Assembly (NCBI GenBank): GCA_963693365.1
Contig: CAVNZM010000015.1
Span: 4,657,502 to 4,721,501, forward strand
Source: Amoebidium appalachense
Taxonomy: Eukaryota; Protista; Ichthyosporea
Length of the DNA stretch: 64,000 bases
Direction of reading: 5' to 3'
The notes beneath the pieces were generated by a model. It had not been told where the DNA came from and ran no database searches. It was given only the letters and a program-made list of their open reading frames with translations. Positions 11,918 through 26,949 of this stretch are shown one piece after another. The translations under genes and the position numbers were made by a program. Position 1 is the first letter of the stretch, and each line of letters begins with the position of its first letter.

Positions 11918-13963
11918 TTTCTTTCGTTCGTAGTCGGGTAAATTTCGTTTCCCCTAGCTAGGGTTATTGTTCACATGGCATACAGCTAGCGTTTTTACCC
12001 TTGACAACGACTGTCTGTGTGTTTGCACGGATGTACTCCTGGACTTCAGAAGTTGATTATACATACAGACGTATTCATGAAAGCAACGTATTAGTACTAA
12101 TAATAGCTAGTGCACTCGATCGAACTTGTGCGCGTGTGCTCGCACACGTGTGCCCGGCCTGTCGTAGCTATGGCATGCAGTCAGCTGATTATCTGCTCGG
12201 ACTGTTGCCCTACCACTAGGCTAAGTTATTATGCCCAGGCTGAGTGTCGAACTTGTACTCATAGTAATCCCATAAAACAATCATTTTCTCTCCCCAACGA
12301 TGTAACACTATATATATGGACACAGCTTGCACAGCACCTTACATTGGCAAAGAAACAGTAGTAGTAGGCATATGTAGTGAATCCTATAGCTAGTGATCCT
12401 ATGATCTTGCCTTTCTGCTCGACATGCACGTGAGCTCATGACTCATGAGACTATACGGCGGTCCAAGCTTGGCGTGCTCAAATAAATGCAGAATATATGC
12501 GTGCGTGGATGCAAGTTGGTTAGAGTATTATTAAACATAGTCATGTGTGAAAGACTTGATATATAATTTATTATATATGGAGTGTTTATTATGAATTTCG
12601 GAGGGCGAATTCTGTGATGTACCTAACGGATGATGTGCAGAAACTACTAAAGAATTCTTGGAATGGTAATGGAATGCAAATGGAACGGGTTTCTGTTGTT
12701 TTGGATTTGGAGCCCAATCGGCGTGAAGCATCGCACAACATAACGACATCAAGTTGAAAAGGATTTTGGGTTCGAATTTGACATTATATTTTGCATTGCA
12801 ATTTGTGGTGTGGAATGTTTTGACCGAAATGTAATTCGAAGAGGCCAATAAATTGTGATGTACGCGTTCTTCTTACATTGTTTCAGGGTGTGAAAGTGCT
12901 GCTGCGGGATAGCCTGGATACAGTGGATAGGCTATAAAAGAGGATAAGTCATAAGGGCTAGTGACTAATAATAGTCTAATAATAGTACGAACCATTAAAT
13001 GAACTCCCCATAGCCCTGATATAGTTTAAAAGGTCCCAGTCAAGGTTCTCCTAGAAGTGCTGGAGGACTAGGCGAAGAAACTGCGGGGCATTTTATAGTA
13101 CATACTGTCCTATGACTCTAAAATCTAGATCTTGAGGACCCGAAGTGCATTAATTTCACACCCTGTACAGAGTGCAGGCTAATACTCTGCGAACATCATG
13201 GGGCCGTGAGCAGGACAGAAAGGTCTTGATATATTTCATATATATGCATGAACCACGCTGTACCAGTAGGCAGTGGTTATTAATAATCATAATCTTATTG
13301 AATCAGTGAACTTTATACACAGATACTGTACACATGGAAAGTGCTGTGAGCAGAAGCAAATTGCCAATCGATTATGCATATCATGAATATTTTGCAGGAT
13401 ATATCACACTAAGGACCATTACTCATCTCACGGGGCGTACACGTGTAACCCTGGTGACATAACTAAACTTTGATAACATAACTAACACCAAACATAACTA
13501 TGATAACACGGATATGGAACTATACTAAGGCAACGCGCACGTGTGCATGTGCTTGAGATCTCAATGTGATCAGCTGCCGGGCCAGTCACTACTGTAATAT
13601 AGCTAGCTATTATATATACGTACGACATGTGCACACACGTGACCATGGTGCATGGCGACATGTCTGATCACGATAGCACCCCATCATGAGCCAAAGGCTT
13701 TGCCAGCTTTGGCAAGTAGAAGGGGAAACCTTCGAAAATTGCTTAAAATACCGGTGACAGTTTGAATTTTGCTAAAACTCAATCAACTTATTGTATTCAG
13801 ACGATGAATAAGATTGATATCTTGGAGCTAATTGAAGTTAATGATATTCAGGCGTGACTGCCGCGGTACACGTGTGCCTAAAAGCCACGGTAGTGAGATC
13901 GAATGGCCATGTGCACATGGATAAATCATGTGTGTGTGTGTCTGTGTTTGTGTGTGTGCGCGT

Positions 13964-14011
<48 letters not shown>

Positions 14012-14063
14012 ACGTGTATACGTGTGTGTGTGTGCACGTGTGTGTGTGTGTGTGTGTGTGTGA

Positions 14064-14136
<73 letters not shown>

Positions 14137-14759
14137 TGCGTGCCGCAGCGTGATCATCATAGGTAGTATGCTTTCCTTTTGTCCCCGCCATCCTGTTTTG
14201 TCCCCTGGAGGCCGAGGGTCCCTCAGGGTCCCTCAGAGGAACTACCCCCACCCCCTACCCCCTCCCCCCTCCCCCCTCCCCCCTCCCCCTGCCCCCTCCC
14301 CCTCCCCCTCCCCCCCTCCCCCTCCCCTCCCCCTCCCCCCTCCCCTCCCCCTCCCCCTCCCCCTCCCTCTTTTCCCTCTCACTCCCCCCTCTTTCCCTCT
14401 CCCTCCCCCCTCTCCCCCCTCTCCCTCTGGAGGGCAAAAGCGTGGACAGGGAGGGGGGGGGGGGGGGGGGGGGGGGGAAAGAAGGAGAAGAAAGAAAAAA
14501 GGAAAAAGGAAAACAAGGAAAATCCCCCAATCCCCCAGCAGTTTTTCTTCTTTCTTTCAGTTCTCCATTTTTTTTTTTCTTTTCCCTTTTTTTTTCTTTC
14601 TCAGATACCATATTATATTTGGGTGGGTGGGGGGGGGGGGGGGGGGAGGGGGGGGGGGGGGGGATATGAAGGGAAAGAAACACACCGCCTAGTGCTGAAT
14701 GTTGACTGCAGCCATCCACACCACTCATAAAGGGCTCTGCACCTCCACATGACAACGGT

Positions 14760-14825
<66 letters not shown>

Positions 14826-15024
14826 TCGCGGGAAAGGGAGAGGGTTTTTTGTGGTGATGGTGGGGGGGGGGGTTATAGAAGGGGGGGGGGGGGGGGGGGG
14901 CAAATTGAGTCTCCTAACCCCCTTACCAGAAGAGCCATCACCCACCTGTAAAACGTTTGCGCTAGTTCTTGCTTTTTGCTCCCCTACTATTCATCCAAAA
15001 CATTTCCGTGGGGAGGGGGGGGGG

Positions 15025-15058
<34 letters not shown>

Positions 15059-15314
15059 GAAAAAGCGAAAGAGACATACCGAGAGAAATACAACCGAGAG
15101 AAGAAGGTGCATCGGATAGTACCCTGTGTTTCCGCCCCTTTTCTTTTTTTCATCCACTTCACATTTCATCTCCGCAGTTTTTCTACAAAGACACGTTGCG
15201 TGCGCAGTATAAATGTAAAAGAAACACTAAAGAGGTGTGAAGGGGGGAGGGAAGGGATGGATGGTGGCGGTGGTTGCGGGGGGGTGAAGGGGGGACCGGA
15301 AGAAGGGGAAGGGG

Positions 15315-15354
<40 letters not shown>

Positions 15355-16099
15355 AAGGCTCACTCACCATCACCAGTCTCAGTTTTAGTTCGGTGCCAAC
15401 CCCAACCCCCAAGGGCCCACCCTCTAGGGGGACAGTTTCGGACGACGGGTCCTCTCTTGCCGGCAAAGGACTGCCCCCCCGAGCCACACCGGTAGGGATT
15501 GGACGGGGGGGACGGAAAAAGAGAAAGGGAGGGGGGGGGGGGGGGGGGGGGGGGGAGGAAGGGGGGGGAAACCCGTGTGTGTGTGTGTGTGTGCACGTGC
15601 ATGTGGGGTGTGCAGGCGTGTGGTGTGCATGTGGCGTGCACGTGCATATGTGCTTGTGCGTGCGGTGTGTGTGTGTGTGTGTGTATATGTGCACGTGTGG
15701 ATGTGTGTGCCTAGGGTGTTCATGAGTGTGTGTGGGTACTAGTGCGCGCGCGCGCGTGGGTGTGTGTGCACCTAACGGGGTGTGTGTGTGTGTCGTGAGA
15801 GCCAGGAGTGTGCATACAAAGATCCCGACAGAAAAAGCCACAAACCACACACACAGACACGAGAGCAGGGAGGCAATGATTATGCAAACACAGACAAAAA
15901 CAAAACAAAATAATACAAGGAAAAGAGAAGGGAAACGGGTTCTTCCAAGCCGAAAAATAGAAAAGGAAGAAAAAAAAGTTCCAACCACACGTCGTTCCCT
16001 AAATGGGCCACAGACCCATTTTTGGCTTACTCAGAGCCCCGGGTATATGGCCCCCTGCATCTAAGATGCAGCTACTTCCTGTGTGTGTGTGTGTGGGGT

Positions 16100-16132
<33 letters not shown>

Positions 16133-16203
16133 GGGGATGTGGGGGGAGGGGGGAAGGAAGGGATGATGAGGGAGGGTAGGGGGGGGGGGGTGGGGGGGAG
16201 GGT

Positions 16204-16234
<31 letters not shown>

Positions 16235-16304
16235 GGGGGGAAGGTGGGGGGGAGGGGGGGGGAGGAAGGGATGAGGAGGGAGGGTAGGGGGGAGGGTGGG
16301 GGGG

Positions 16305-16398
<94 letters not shown>

Positions 16399-16458
16399 GA
16401 GGGGGGAGGGGGGTGTAAAAAACGGGTGGGGGGTATGGGGGGAAGGGGGAGGGGGGGT

Positions 16459-16501
<43 letters not shown>

Positions 16502-18965
16502 GGTGTGTGTGCGGCCTGCGTGCAGGCTGGATTCCGTGAATGTATGTGCGTGTGTGTGTGTAGACGAAGAGGAAGGGTTAGGTAAAGGGTAGGGAAAGAA
16601 AGGAAAACATTGAACGAGAGCAAAGTACATTCTTTGATATGGGGAGACCGGGAGGGGAGGGAAGGGGGAGGGAGGAAAGATGTACATTGCCTAATACAAG
16701 CAATGTCATTGGCTTATCTAGTATAGGCGATACGAATCGACGCTCTACTTTAGCACAAAATGTGACCCATTCACTGAAGAATCAAAACTGCCATTTCACT
16801 ATGAAGCAATATGATTGGCCCGTCTACCACGAGAAAACAAGTCTGATTGGCCAATGGGCAATAGGGCCATATGAGTGGTGGGTAGGGGGACCAACCTCTG
16901 TAGAGGGGACCTGTCCGCTGTAGGGTTGCCAATAGTTGGATGAGGTGGCCTACGTCGGTACCGGTGGATGGGCAGATATCCTCCCTGTGTGTGTGTGTGT
17001 GTGTGTGTGGTGGTGGTGGGGGGGATGGGGTGGGGGGTGGGGTGGGGGGAGGGGAGGGGGTTGGGAGGGGGGAGGGGAGGGGAGGGGAGGGGAGGGGGGA
17101 TAATATGGAACCCCTTTGATTTGCTGAAAGCGCATCAAAACCAGGGTTCGATATTGTTTGTTACGGCGGAGTGTTCAGCTGAAGCCCTCCCAACCGTATG
17201 GTATTACAGTTTCAAGTTTTTTCCTACTTTTGAGTGCCATACTCCTCCCCATCCCCCCCTCCCCCCCCCTCCCCCCCCCCTCTCCCCCCCCTCCCCCCCC
17301 CCTCCCCCCCCCCCCCCCCCCCCCGCCACACACACACACCCTCCTCCTCCTCCACCATGATAACCAGCGCCACCTGATTGTTTATTAGGCCTCCCAACTC
17401 ATTTCCTTTCCAAATATGTAACCCCTCCCCCCCCCCCCCCCCCCCCCCCCTCCCTCCCCCCCCTTCTGCCTCCCCTCTCCCCTCCCCTTCCCCCCCCCCC
17501 CCTCCCCCCCACCCACACACACACACAAAAAAGAATAAATCATGAATAAAAAAGAGGAATAAAAAAGAAAACGGACTGGGCAAAAACTTACAAAGGCAAT
17601 GCCATGTCGTGTGACCGTGTGAATATTGCTTCCGACGAATCCCCCTCCTCCCCCCCCCCCCCCCCTCTCCCCCCCTCCCCTCCCCCTCTCCCCCCCCCCC
17701 CCCCCCCCCCCCCCTTCCCCCGCCCCCCCCAAACACGCATACACACACACAAAAAAAAATAATGAAAATAAAAAGGGAGAAAAGTGGGGAAAAATGTGAG
17801 AAAAAGAAAGCCCACCATGCCTAGCAACCCCTCCTCCCCCCTCCTCCCCTCCTCTCTCCCCTCCTCCTCCTGCCCCCCCCCCCCCCCCCCCCCCCCCTCC
17901 CCTCCCTCTCTCCTACCCCTGCCCCCACAGGCTACCCCTAGCAAAGATGAAGAGAAAAAAGGATGAAGCTTTTGTCTGTGCTGCACCAAAACACACCTCA
18001 TTAGTACGTAATGAAAGATAGCAAACCCCCTGCTGATTGGCTCTGTATCATGGTTCAACTCCAGCACCGGTATGGTAACACGTGATCAATGACGTAGCAG
18101 TACCAGAAATGTCGTCGTTATTCTCTCACTTCAAAACCCCTACAACCATCCTACATAGCATCCTACATACGGTGTATTATATGTAAATATCATTGATATA
18201 AATGGTTCAGTTTTAACGCACGCCACTAAACGGAGAACTTGATTAATTATTTTGTTGCCATAACCATGAACGGTCAGTTGAGTCACGTGTGCAAAAATAT
18301 GCACGTACAAGTGTACTTGTGCCCATGCATGGGCACGTGCGCGCAGGTGCGCGTCCAAAATTAGCCAATGTGGGAATACCACGTGAAAATTCCAAATCAG
18401 AGACCGGCTTTGGTACGTGCTTTTGACTGCCAGAGCGAAAAACGCTGTCAAACGACTGAAAGCCATCGGTTCTAAGTCGTTTCATTCACCATATGACACG
18501 TACACGCCCTCTTTAGCCGATCCCCTGTTCCCTAGGCCTTTGGTAACTTTTTTTCTTTTGACTGGATTTATTTACTTTCTCGAAAGAAAGGCCGCAGAGT
18601 AGCGCACAGGAAGTTTTAATCTTCATTTTCCTTGAGAATGTCCGTGTAAGTTGGTGCCTCATTCCCATGTTCGTTCGGATAAATTGATACTTCAGTTCAC
18701 AGTTTTATTCTTCTCCGTACCCCTCCCCTCCCTCCACCCCATCTGTTTTCTAATAGCCCCATACCTTTTCCTAAAGGAAAAACCAAAGAAAATCTAAAGG
18801 GAGAATTTATTGTAGAAGAGCAATGACTTAGATCAAGGTTACACTTGAATCCCTTGAGCACAGTAATCTACGAGCATGAAAGATACATAACCGTCGAAAC
18901 TGTATCATCACACAAAACAATGTCAGAGAGAGGTCAAGGTACGAGCTCTACCCCCCAACCCCCCA

Positions 18966-19090
<125 letters not shown>

Positions 19091-19474
19091 CAAAAAAAAA
19101 AAAAAAAAAAAAAAAAAAAGCACACATACTCACTCACTCGCCTCCTTTTCCATCTTTCAGCCGTGCATTTTCTCGAGGATTTTTGCTCCCACGATTTCCA
19201 CGTTTTTAGACGGTTGGTTTTCGTCTGTATTCTTCTAAAACTTCCTCCCCTTTTTCCCCTTCTTCCCCCACGGTGTTTTCAAAAACTTGAAGAAAGGGGG
19301 GGGGGGGGGGGGGGGGAGGGGGAGTGAACAAACTCAGAAACAGATACCTTTGGTCCACAACCCCTCTTAATACGTGCGTTGTCAACAAAAATCTAAAGTG
19401 AAGTAATAGTTGAACTTCCAGAAAGCCAGAAATTTTGGGGGAAATTAGAATAATATATACTCGGAAAAACCCCT

Positions 19475-19518
<44 letters not shown>

Positions 19519-20087
19519 TGACACGTTCGTTAACTGATGAATAGGGATTAATTTAGTGAAACCGAAAAAAGAACAAAAATAACTTCCAGTTTGGCTCATA
19601 AAACAACATGTCGCTACTTATTTCCGTCTCTTTTGTCATGAAAGACGTTGTTTGACACCAACTGACGAAGAGTGCTTTTTCTATTACTGGGCAATTCTAT
19701 ACGCCCCTCCACTCAGCCCTCCCCCCCCCCCCCCCCCTCCCCCCCTTGCCCCGTTCCCCCCGGCCGCTACCTGCCCCCTCCTACTCTCCCCATGCTCCTA
19801 CCGACCATTCATTCCGTTCCTCCACCTGTAAACCCCTCCCTCCCTTCCCCCCCTCCCCCCCTTCCCCCCCCTCCCCCCCTCCCCGCATCACCCCTCTTCA
19901 TGCTGTTATGCCAAATACACACACCACACCCACGCGCACGGGCACGCACACGCACACGCACCTGGGCACATCGACACACACACGTGCAAACACAGCCCCC
20001 CGTCTGCACATGCACGCACAAAGAAAAGTTTACTCACCAGATTTTTCGCTCTGCGTCCCTTTCATCTTCAGGTGATCATCTGAGAAA

Positions 20088-20348
20088 ATGGGTGACGCGG
20101 GAAAAATTCGTATATCCAAGACCTCCGAGGGAAATTTCGGGCTATCCCGCACCACAAGTATGCCCCATCTGGGGGCCTTTGGATATGCACCGGGTGCAGG
20201 GGTGAGCATCGAACATGGCACGAGACTCGGTGACCTATTGGCCAAGGATTTGGGCATCGGAGAGGATATCTCCACAAGGTAGATATACCCATTTTGCATC
20301 CTGAGAACAAGCTTTACAGCACTATGACATGCATGCTTTTTTCTTTTC

Positions 20349-20381
<33 letters not shown>

Positions 20382-21658
20382 TTTTTTCCCTTAAAAAAAA
20401 AAAAGTTTGCTCAAGGAACCCAAAAAAGGAATATTGCAGATATCTCAAAGACACGGTTTTCTTTCAAAGGTGAAGACTGAATTTTCACATGCATTTTATC
20501 CGTCCCCATGGATAATCTCAAATTCTGCCTTCTCTAGTTTCGATTTGTCGCATATTGCCAGACGTTCACTACGTGTCTGATCCCCTTCCCTAAACTGAAA
20601 ACAAAAAAGGCTGGGGGAAGGCCGGATGGTGTGGGGTGTGTGTATGTGTGTGTGCGTGCGTGTGTTTGAGTATGTGTGTGTGTGTGTGTGTGTGTGTGTA
20701 TCTGTGTGTGCGTGTGCGTCAAATGTGTGTGTGGGTGGGTGTGTGGGTGGGTGTGGGTGTGGGTGGGTGGGTGTGGAAGGTAGGGGGTGGGGTGTGTGTG
20801 GGGGGAGGGGGGGGGGGGAGGGAGGGGGGCCAAAAACTGCTCCACCAATGAGCTAACAACCCATTTTATCCACAGGCAAATCTCAGAGAGCCAAAAACAC
20901 TCTGCAAGCCTCCCATCGACCCCCGCCATTAGAGCAAAACCCAAAGAAAAGCCCCCCTACGTAACAGATTTCGATACTATCCTTCCGGAAAATTGCGAGA
21001 TCGAAGATATCGTTGAAATGCTGCGCAACGACATTGCGTCCACCGACACCGGCGCTCCGTCCAATCAAAACATGGATCCATGCGAGGTGTTACCCAATGA
21101 AAACACAGGGACATTTCCGCATCAAATCGCACAGGTCACACAAACGCTCGCATCCGATTGGCTTCTGGCTCACCCTGAGTATCACTTCGGCACCCTTTTC
21201 CACCACCCCTCTGATCAATTTTCACTCTCGTTTATGCCGCAAGGATTTTCCCCCGGAATTTCATGTCCAAATTTCAACATTGCACCCCCCTTATTTTCAT
21301 CTCCGCCCCTCGTTGGAATGCACCAGAGTCCGACGATTCCTCCTGCAAGAGTAAACACTAACTTTCAAGAAACCCCCCCAAAATCCCAACCGTCACCGAA
21401 AATTACAACAAAAAAGCTCCGTAGAACACGATCACTTTCCGAATTTTCTTCCGTTCAGCCGCGTCGCCGCCGAACCAATATCAAATCCAAGCAGCAAAAG
21501 ATCGATTCGGAAGACGAAATTTGCAGAGAATCAGAATTGCGTTTATCCCTGGGGGGGTCTAAAGGAGTTCAAATTTCAGGGGGTATGGGTGCACGTGGCT
21601 TTGGGTATCAATCATTGGACGAGCTTGTGTTTCGTTATGGGCGTGAAGGTGGGTGTTA

Positions 21659-21705
<47 letters not shown>

Positions 21706-21938
21706 AACACACACACACACACACACACACACCACCACTACCGCCACCAAATAAAATAAAAAAAGAATAAATAAATAAAATAGAGACGAAACCCATCCCA
21801 CACCCACCCACCCAACACATATGCACACGCCACCATCTCTACCCAAATTCAAACACGCACGTGCACCTACACGTCGTTGCACCCTGTGACACATACCCAC
21901 ATACAGGTACGGGCCTGAACACCCATACCTCTATACGA

Positions 21939-21974
<36 letters not shown>

Positions 21975-22826
21975 TCCTGCTCGACTCAGTCCATTACAAA
22001 AAACCAACGAGTCCAGAATGCTACCTAGGAATTAATTGTTGCCTGCGATGCATTCCCCCCCCCCCCCCCCCCCCCCCCCCAAAAGCTCCAGTCCTTCCCC
22101 CTCCCCCCTCCCCCCTCCCCCCCCCCCGGCGCCGCCCCAGTCCTTTTTCTCCACCCCCCCCCCCCCCCCTCTCCCCACACTTCAACTCCCGAAGCCCCCT
22201 CGTGTTTCTCCGTCTCCTCCCCCTTTTCCACTCCTTCTACTCCTTCACCTCTTTTCTCTTCTTGATTTTTAAGCTCAAACCCGATCCCCTACAACTACCT
22301 AGCTGTCGGCAACTTCTTTGTGAATGCCGGAGTCTACATGCTCTGCGTGTCATGCTCGTCCCCCCCCCACCCACCCCCACCCACTCCCCTCCCCCTCCTG
22401 CCCCCCTGCCCCCTTGCCTCATTCCCCCACTCCCCCCCCCCCCAAAAAAAAAAAATCTTTGGAAAGGAACAAAAAGCCACACAGCGTCTCGAATATCCCC
22501 CCTGCCCCCCCCTCCCCACTTTGCAAGCCCCCCTCCCCCCTCCTTCCCCCCCCTGCAACCCCCTTCCCCCCCCCCCCCTCCCCCCCCCCTTTAGCAAATT
22601 CATGTCCGAAAATCTTAACTTCCTGCTCACACAGCCGAGACAAGCGAGGTTGGATCCCCCGATCTAGGGGGTTGGGGTAGAATTCCCCCTGAGATTACCC
22701 AGCTCCAAGCACTGTTGGGACCCCCCGTGCCTATCCACCCGTCGAAAAGAGCCCCCCCGCAGATGGAAATTTTGGAGGAGATTGAGCACAGAGAAAAGGA
22801 GATGCCGACAGAGGACACGAATATGC

Positions 22827-22894
<68 letters not shown>

Positions 22895-25800
22895 TTTGTG
22901 GGTTTGGGGGCAGGGGGGAAGGGGCGGGGAAGGTGGGGGGGGGGGGGGAGGGGGGGAAGGGGAATGTGTGCTTGTGTGTGTGTGTGGGTGGGTGGGTGGG
23001 GAGGATGGGGAGGAGTTAAGAGGAGGAGGGTGGTTGCGGTAGGACGGGGGCACTGCAGGGGATATGGAGTGAGTGTAGCTGGGGTTTGGGGCGGGAGGTT
23101 CGGAAAATGGTACGTTAGGAAGGTGTGGGTGGGTGGGTGCGTGGGTGGGTGTGGTTGGGGTTTTGGGGGGGGAAGGGGGGGGGGGGGGAGGGGGGGGCTT
23201 GTGTGGAAGCTGAATTTCAACAAAAATTGTTTTATCGGGGCAGTAGGTCTCTGAACCTTCACATTGTGGCATCTCAAGTTACACCAACACTTTCCCCCTA
23301 AAATCACTACCCAAATCACATTTATTATAAGATCAGTAAAGCATTGTAGTACCTAGACATGTATCACAGTATATATACCATGATATTCTATAGCACCTCT
23401 AAGTGTATCATCATATTAATACCTGTACCATAGTATCTACACATCTAACCTACCTACATCCCAACAGCATGCAGATTCACCCACTGCACAGTCTTCATCC
23501 AATCACCCTCCGTCAGATCACGCACCCACCACAGACACCACCCAATCAGAATCGCCGATCGCATCGCAACCGATCCCGATCGCGCCGCTCGAAAAAGCCC
23601 CCCACGTGTCTCTTCTGGACGTTTCTCTGTGGAGGGAGCTCCATTCGTGTGGGAATGAGATGGTGATTGCAACGGGAGGACGGCGCATGTTCCCTCCTTT
23701 AAGATTCAGCATCTACAATCTGGATCCGGACACAAGATACACCCTCTGGCTCGTGTTCAAACCGACAGATGATTCGGTGAGGGATCCAACCCTTTCCCTT
23801 CCTCCCCTCTCCCCCCTCCCCTTCCCTCCCCCCTCCCCCCTCCCACTTCTCACCCCCTCCTAACTTCCCTCCCTCTTCTCCCCCCATCCCTGCCTGTGTC
23901 CCTCTCTTCTATCCTCACTACCCTCCTCTCTCCACTCTCTCTCGCCTCCCCCCCCCCCCCCCCCCCCCCCCTCTTCCCCCCCGGGGCCTTCTTCCTTCTC
24001 CCTTATCCCCTTCCCCTGCCTCTGCACCTCTCCCTCCCCCCCCCCCTCCCCCCCCCCCCCCCCCCCCCCGTTGCCATCCCATCCCCTCCCTCCCCCCCCC
24101 CCCTCCCCCCCCCCCCCCCCCCCCCCCTCCCCCTCCCTCCCCATTCTCTTCCTCTCCCTACTCTTCCCCTTCTCCTCCCCCCCCCCTTTCCCCGGGCGAA
24201 AAACTTCCCCTTCTCCTCCCCCCCCCTTTCCCCGGGGGAAGGGGGGGGGGACTGGCTGGGCCTACCGTACGTTCAGTACACGTCCTGGCTACAAAACACT
24301 TTCAAGCCCTGCAACCCCCCCAACTTTTTAACAATTTGGCAAGGCCAAATGCTGACTTATGTTGAACATTAGGGGGTGGTACACATGTGAGAAAAAACAA
24401 CTCCCCACAGGGGTTTTTGTTTTGTTGTCACTGCTTTTTATATTAGAATAGAAGTATCAGAGGATCATTATTCAATTATTCTGATGACTACTCAATTGAA
24501 TCATTGAATAATAAAGTCATGCATGATAGATGCCAATCACTTTTCACCTACATATAAATGACAAAGACTCGGTCCCCGTTATTCTCAACGGGTGGAATTG
24601 TTACCCAACCAGTAGCTTGCACAGATTTCCTATTTAGGCTATATTCTCACACGTGTGACTGGTTCAGTTTTGGAAGTACGACACCACCACCAATGCGTGG
24701 GTCAAAGCCCCCCTCCCGGTCCCGATCTGTTGTTGTGTCTCAGCCGAGTGAGGAGTTACGCACATACGTCCATCCCACATCTCCCACAACTGGTATGCAA
24801 CCCCCCCCCCCCCCCCCCACCTCCTTCCCCCCCCCCCCCCCCTTCTTCCCATCCCCCCTGTCCCCCCTTCCCCCTTTCCCCTTCCCCTTCCCCCCCCCCC
24901 CCTCTCTCCCCCCCTCCCTCCTGCCTCCCCTCCCCCTTCCCCCCCCCTCTCCCCGCATGCGCACACACGCACACACACACACACGCGCGCGCCACACACA
25001 CGCACACCCGTACACGCGCGCACCCACACACGCGCACACGCACACGCACACACAAAACCCCCAAAGACATAGCTGCCAACACCACCGCCACCCCCTTCAC
25101 GACAAATTACCCCCCGTCCCCCCCCCCCCCCCCCCCCGCCCCCTACAGACAACCATGCTCATACCCACCACCTCTCTCCCTGTGCATGTGCCTGCCTCTT
25201 TGTTTGGCTTGCTGAGCCCAAACTCTTAACCTCTCCGGCAACTCCCTCAGATTGCCCCCCCTCGCACCGTGTGGTGCGAGAGGGGGGGGGGGGGGGGGGG
25301 AGGAGAGAGGGGGGGGGGGGGGGGGGTATTTGCTTCCGAGTTGGCACAAAAAGGAGGTTGACGGGAGGAAACGAACGGAGGGACGATACGGAGAGGGGGG
25401 GGGGGGGGGGGAGGGGGGAAGGGGAAGGATGGAGGAACAGGTATATATAGTTTGATGAAAACGTTAGGAGGCGAGGTGAGGTTATAGCGAGGTTCAAAAC
25501 ACAATATCAAACCTCTAAAATAAAGACAAAAAAGAAAAAACAACTCCAACTAACAAACTTAAAGATTAAGAGTAGTATGTAAGTGAGTAAAAACATGCCC
25601 ATTTAGCTAAATTAAAATAATTCTTTTAACCTCTAACATTAAAATCTAAACACAGGAGCAGAATGGATGAGTGGTCCAATCAGTTTTGCCAATCTCCGGC
25701 TCACCAACTCGCACCATAGACCGACCAATCCGAAAACAGCAAGCGAATACAGCACCCTCCAGACATACAAAAGCTACCGGCCGCACATCTACATTGCACC

Positions 25801-26756
25801 TGAAAGGTCGAACGACGCGTTCCACTATGTGTTTGAGGAGACAGCATTTATCGCTGTAACACAGGTACTGCTTGAAGCCCCCCCCCCCCCCCCCCCCCCC
25901 CCCCAACCCACCCACCCACCCACCCACCACCACCACCACCACCACCACCACCACCACCACCACCACCAAAAAAAAAAAAAAAAAAAAAAAAAGAAGGAAC
26001 CCCCCCCCCCCCCCCCCCCAAAAGGACTCAATTACACACACACACAAAAGAAAGCCCCTCCTTTCTTTACCCTCCACTCCTGCCCCCCTCCCCGAAGCTC
26101 CCCCAGCCCCCGCTTGGTGTTTTTCCTGGCTGAATTATATAGATGGTTGTTTTTTTCGTGGGTGTACTTCAACATGTAACAGTCCCCCTTAAAAAAAGCT
26201 ACCTTACTCGTGTGTGTATTATCCACGACACATTTTCGCGTGACTCCCCATCCCCCCCCCCCCCTCCCCCCCCCCCCCCTTCCCCCATCCCCGTCCCCCG
26301 CCACCCCCCTGGCTCATGATGCCTTCTCCCCCTCCCCTCCCTCTCCCCCCCCCCCCCCCCCCCCTTTTCCCCCCATCCCCCCATCCCCTCCCCCCTCCCA
26401 CCCCCCCTTTCCATCTTTCCCCCGTCCCTCATTCCGCCAATCCCCCCATCCCATCTTCTCCCCCTTCCCCCCTCCCCCCCCCCCCAAAAAAAAAACCCTT
26501 CCCATCCTCCCCCATACTGTGTCGCTCATGCTCTTGATCTCCTTCTAGGGTGGTGGGTTTCTCTCGCTCTCTATTCCCCCCCCCCCCCCCCCCCCCCCCC
26601 CCTCAACCTCACCCCCACCCCACCCCACCCCCCACCATGCCTTGGGTTTGATTTTGTGAGAAGACCTATATAACACAACGGTACAGCCACTCACTCACCC
26701 ATCCATTCACGCACGTACACATACCCGCACATACAAACACATACACACGCACACAT

Positions 26757-26806
<50 letters not shown>

Positions 26807-26856
26807 TCACGTATGTTATGCATGCATACGCGCGTACGCGCGCACGCACGCACGCG

Positions 26857-26949
<93 letters not shown>

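Noticed and set aside
12531-12848. Upstream exon of the zinc-finger gene
   Set aside because: Could not be linked in phase and has no recognisable motif.
15233-15241. T-box half-site AGGTGTGAA upstream of the T-box gene
   Set aside because: A single 9-mer in GT-rich DNA is expected by chance; another occurs near 48414.
21907-22035. Extra T-box gene exon
   Set aside because: Crosses a long poly-C run, has no clear donor, and the flanking exons already join in phase.
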